DNA of 64,000 bases from Phoronis australis. Its lineage: Eukaryota > Animalia > Phoronida. Under the pieces are notes generated by a model. The model was not told the DNA's origin. It ran no database searches and was given only the letters and a program-made list of their open reading frames with translations. Of this stretch, positions 62,001 through 64,000 are shown in pieces (within the stretch, counting starts at the first letter, position 1; each line of letters starts with the position of its first letter). The DNA is taken from positions 668,378-732,377 of the forward strand of contig NMRA01000191.1 of assembly GCA_002633005.1 (NCBI GenBank), given 5' to 3'. The position numbers and the translations under genes are program-made.

Positions 62001-63904
62001 ACATCAAAAGCCTTCTCGAGCACGCTTTATCAGTTTGGCCAGCTATGTCAGAATGTGGCACTGGTTCAATAACGATACATTTTGATATCTTTTCAAGTTT
62101 TAAATTTTGTTATAACAATGCATTTTATTTCTGTTTTCAAACATAATTTTGAATCCGGTGCTATCATTTGAAGGTCCCTATTAGTAAATTTCTTGAGCTC
62201 ACATAGAACTTACTGAAGGGCAAGATACTGTAGATTTAAAGCAGCATTTTTCTGCGTAAAAACAAAAATCAAGTTAAGCCTCACACACATATAAAGTCGG
62301 CCTCACAATATTCCTTTCCGTGATGCTATTCAATCTATTTCCGTTGGCAACAAGGAAATATTGTAGAAACCACCTGCAACTCGAGAAAACGCTTCAGAGA
62401 GGATCGGAGTTGGCCAACCTTAAAACTGCGAATTCGAAAATGGCGCGTGTTTACGTATTGCCTTCGACTTGGTGATAGAGATGGAATACTGTTAGGATAA
62501 AACATGTTATGAGGCCGATTTTTCGAGAGAAAACGACCTAATTCGAGTTTTAATTATTAGCCAGCTAAGCAGGGTGACATGCAATTTTAACCTGCAAAAG
62601 TACAACACGTATGTAAAATTGAACATAAGCTAGAAGTTTAAATGATTTAGCGACTGCTTCTCGTGTTAAGTCTTGAAAGTAATTTTGTCAATACAGACAT
62701 TTCTGAGATTGACACCCAGTCGTGTATTAAAGTACATATCTTTCGAAGAGATAGGTGAATTTTCTTTCATTCTTTTTTTGCTACTTTACCGATGAATCTC
62801 CTACCTGATTTGTGTCAAATAACTGTACATTACATGCATCAGTCTCAAGTTCCAACTTTCAGTTCGAATTCAATCGTGAAACTTGAGATTTTAATCGGTC
62901 CGAAATATTGACCATTATTTCATGTTTCATACATGTACTTCGATTTGAATTGAACGTTAGAACTGGAGTTCTGCCCACTTATTTCGATCAATGTTTCGTC
63001 GACGAGTTTTCAATTTAAATTGATTAATCCATGATATTATGAACCTATCCGTGTTTCAATTTTCTTTTTGAAAATGAATTTTTTGTAACACGTAATATTT
63101 AGTTTCAATTCAAAATTCTACTTTCAACCTGAAAGTTGGCGCCATGTACTTGTGGTTCAATTTGGCGACCGTGCCACTTAACAATTGAAAATCAGTCACA
63201 ACGCTACAATTTCAGAAAGTAATTTGATTGGTTGAGGTGTTCATTCACGTACATGTACATTGCTGATCCACTATATTCTCCTATCAATCTTCTGTTTATT
63301 CTTCTATTTGCTCTGTGCCGACGTTTCTGTGTCGAAGTGTAGCAGCATCGTCAAAAGTTGTAATAGACATATTTTGATTACATGTTTGGTAAATGGAGGA
63401 TTGTCTGAATGCCTCTCGATTCCTAGTTTCAATTTAGATTGGAATACTTTAGTTGAACTATTAAATATTTAAAATTAAACCATCATTTTTCAATTTTAGA
63501 TTGAGTATTAAATTATCAATTTTAATCCAATTTTCCAGTTTTCAATATTTAATTTCAAAATGGAATTTGACCTTGAAGCCTGTACACGGATCCTTAATTG
63601 TTAGATATATGGTGATTTCTTTCAGGTCGTCATTACCCACAATGAGACCGGAGCAAAAACGTCGTTTCCATTTTACGATTGGCTAGAAGGAATTAAGAAA
63701 ATACCAACTGCCAAAGCTGTGTTGCCTTTCCAAGAAACCAATGAAGACCTAAAAAACCTTCGCCGTGAGGAAGTCCGCCGAAGGCAGGAAATGTACCCAT
63801 TCAGCCAAAAGAATGATTCTATGCCCGGATTCATTGGAGTTGAACAGTACGAGGACCTACCAAGATTTGTTAAATTTAGCGATGCAAAAGACTACGACTT
63901 CAAG
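47014..63904 (+). CDS. Lipoxygenase B, tandem paralog of LOX-A; exons 1-4 in window, gene continues beyond 64000
   Basis: Exons 47014-47033 (MAPQRD-R), 55742-55836, 61091-61251, 63626-63904; same lengths (20, 95, 161, 279 nt) and phases as LOX-A, with high protein identity. Confidence 0.9.
47652..47850 (+). mobile_element. tRNA-derived SINE in LOX-B intron 1
   Basis: GAGAAGGCAGTGTGGC...GGGTTCGAGACC B box; body similar to 6121-6330. Confidence 0.6.
49376..49445 (-). pseudogene. tRNA-like sequence (Ala-CGC-like loop): tRNA pseudogene or SINE head
   Basis: GCTGAGTGGTGTAGTGGTAAAGTC..CTCGCAA..CCGGGTTCGAATCCGGCCTCGGT has good A/B boxes and T arm, but the anticodon stem pairs poorly. Confidence 0.45.
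50146..50248 (-). repeat. 3' LTR (103 bp)
   Basis: Matches 54148-54240 with 6 substitutions and a 10-bp indel. Confidence 0.92.
50378..53217 (-). pseudogene. pol: pol (PR-RT-RH-IN), frameshifted, integrase core deleted
   Basis: ORFs 52363-53217, 51871-52347, 50918-51871 and 50378-50869 are consecutive pol pieces. Confidence 0.9.
53067..54101 (-). pseudogene. gag: gag of the Mag-like element (frameshift within the zinc-knuckle region)
   Basis: AENWKDF...KNVLFERYKFN..Q...E.VDNFLTRLRQLAQTCEFG...LRDRLV; CSYCG. Confidence 0.88.
54148..54240 (-). repeat. 5' LTR (93 bp)
   Basis: TG...CA ends, adjacent to the PBS. Confidence 0.92.
55742..55836 (+). CDS. LOX-B exon 2
   Basis: tttcag|G VYAAEVVTSAGWGTSGWKGTGTNDSVHLTLHG|gtgggt. 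Confidence 0.9.
57850..60200 (+). mobile_element. HINE-like element with satellite monomers (with nested insertions) in LOX-B intron 2
   Basis: Head TATGTTCCCACAC..ATGTGCTGGCATGTTG..CTCTGTCC; monomers GAAGAGCGTTTC..ACCG..GATTTCA.TGAAA and CCTCCTAGTGGCCATTTTG as at 21200-22400. Confidence 0.5.
61091..61251 (+). CDS. LOX-B exon 3
   Basis: TEGTTERILLDKTWHNDLETGAHDVY...DDWHLDK|gtatcc. Confidence 0.92.
63626..63904 (+). CDS. LOX-B exon 4
   Basis: VVITHNETGAKTSFPFYDWL...DLPRFVKFSDAKDYDFK|gtatag. Confidence 0.92.
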
Positions 63905-64000
63905 GTATAGTTGTGGGGCACATGGTGCAGTAAAGCATAAAGAAAATATATAACAGTCGAGAACTGAACGTATTTTGAGGTCTGTTCATAAGCCAAAAGA

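Overview
Eukaryotic (metazoan, probably marine invertebrate) genomic DNA of about 39% GC with spliceosomal introns; no prokaryotic features or CRISPR. The window holds a tandem pair of animal-type PLAT+catalytic lipoxygenase genes on the + strand. LOX-A (8131-26112) has 11 coding exons and encodes about 683 aa. It has Gly at the Coffa site (predicted R-stereospecific), an unusual C-terminal Ala and an apparent frameshift in exon 5. LOX-B starts at 47014 and runs off the window after exon 4; its upstream and intronic DNA is homologous to LOX-A, indicating a segmental tandem duplication. The rest is a dense, nested transposon landscape: an Academ remnant; four Kolobok deletion derivatives from two families, with convergent THAP-transposase and KolX (P2X7-ballast-like) gene remnants and, in family A, ETS-CRE motifs in the TIRs; a Gmr1-type Gypsy relic (integrase before RT); a two-LTR Mag-type Gypsy in LOX-B intron 1; Helentron/HINE-like satellite-bearing elements; tRNA-derived SINEs; MITEs; and a nested inverted-repeat block at 36-43 kb. 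A decayed intronless beta-propeller-like ORF lies at 28.9-31.0 kb (-). All calls are from manual reading; no database searches were run.
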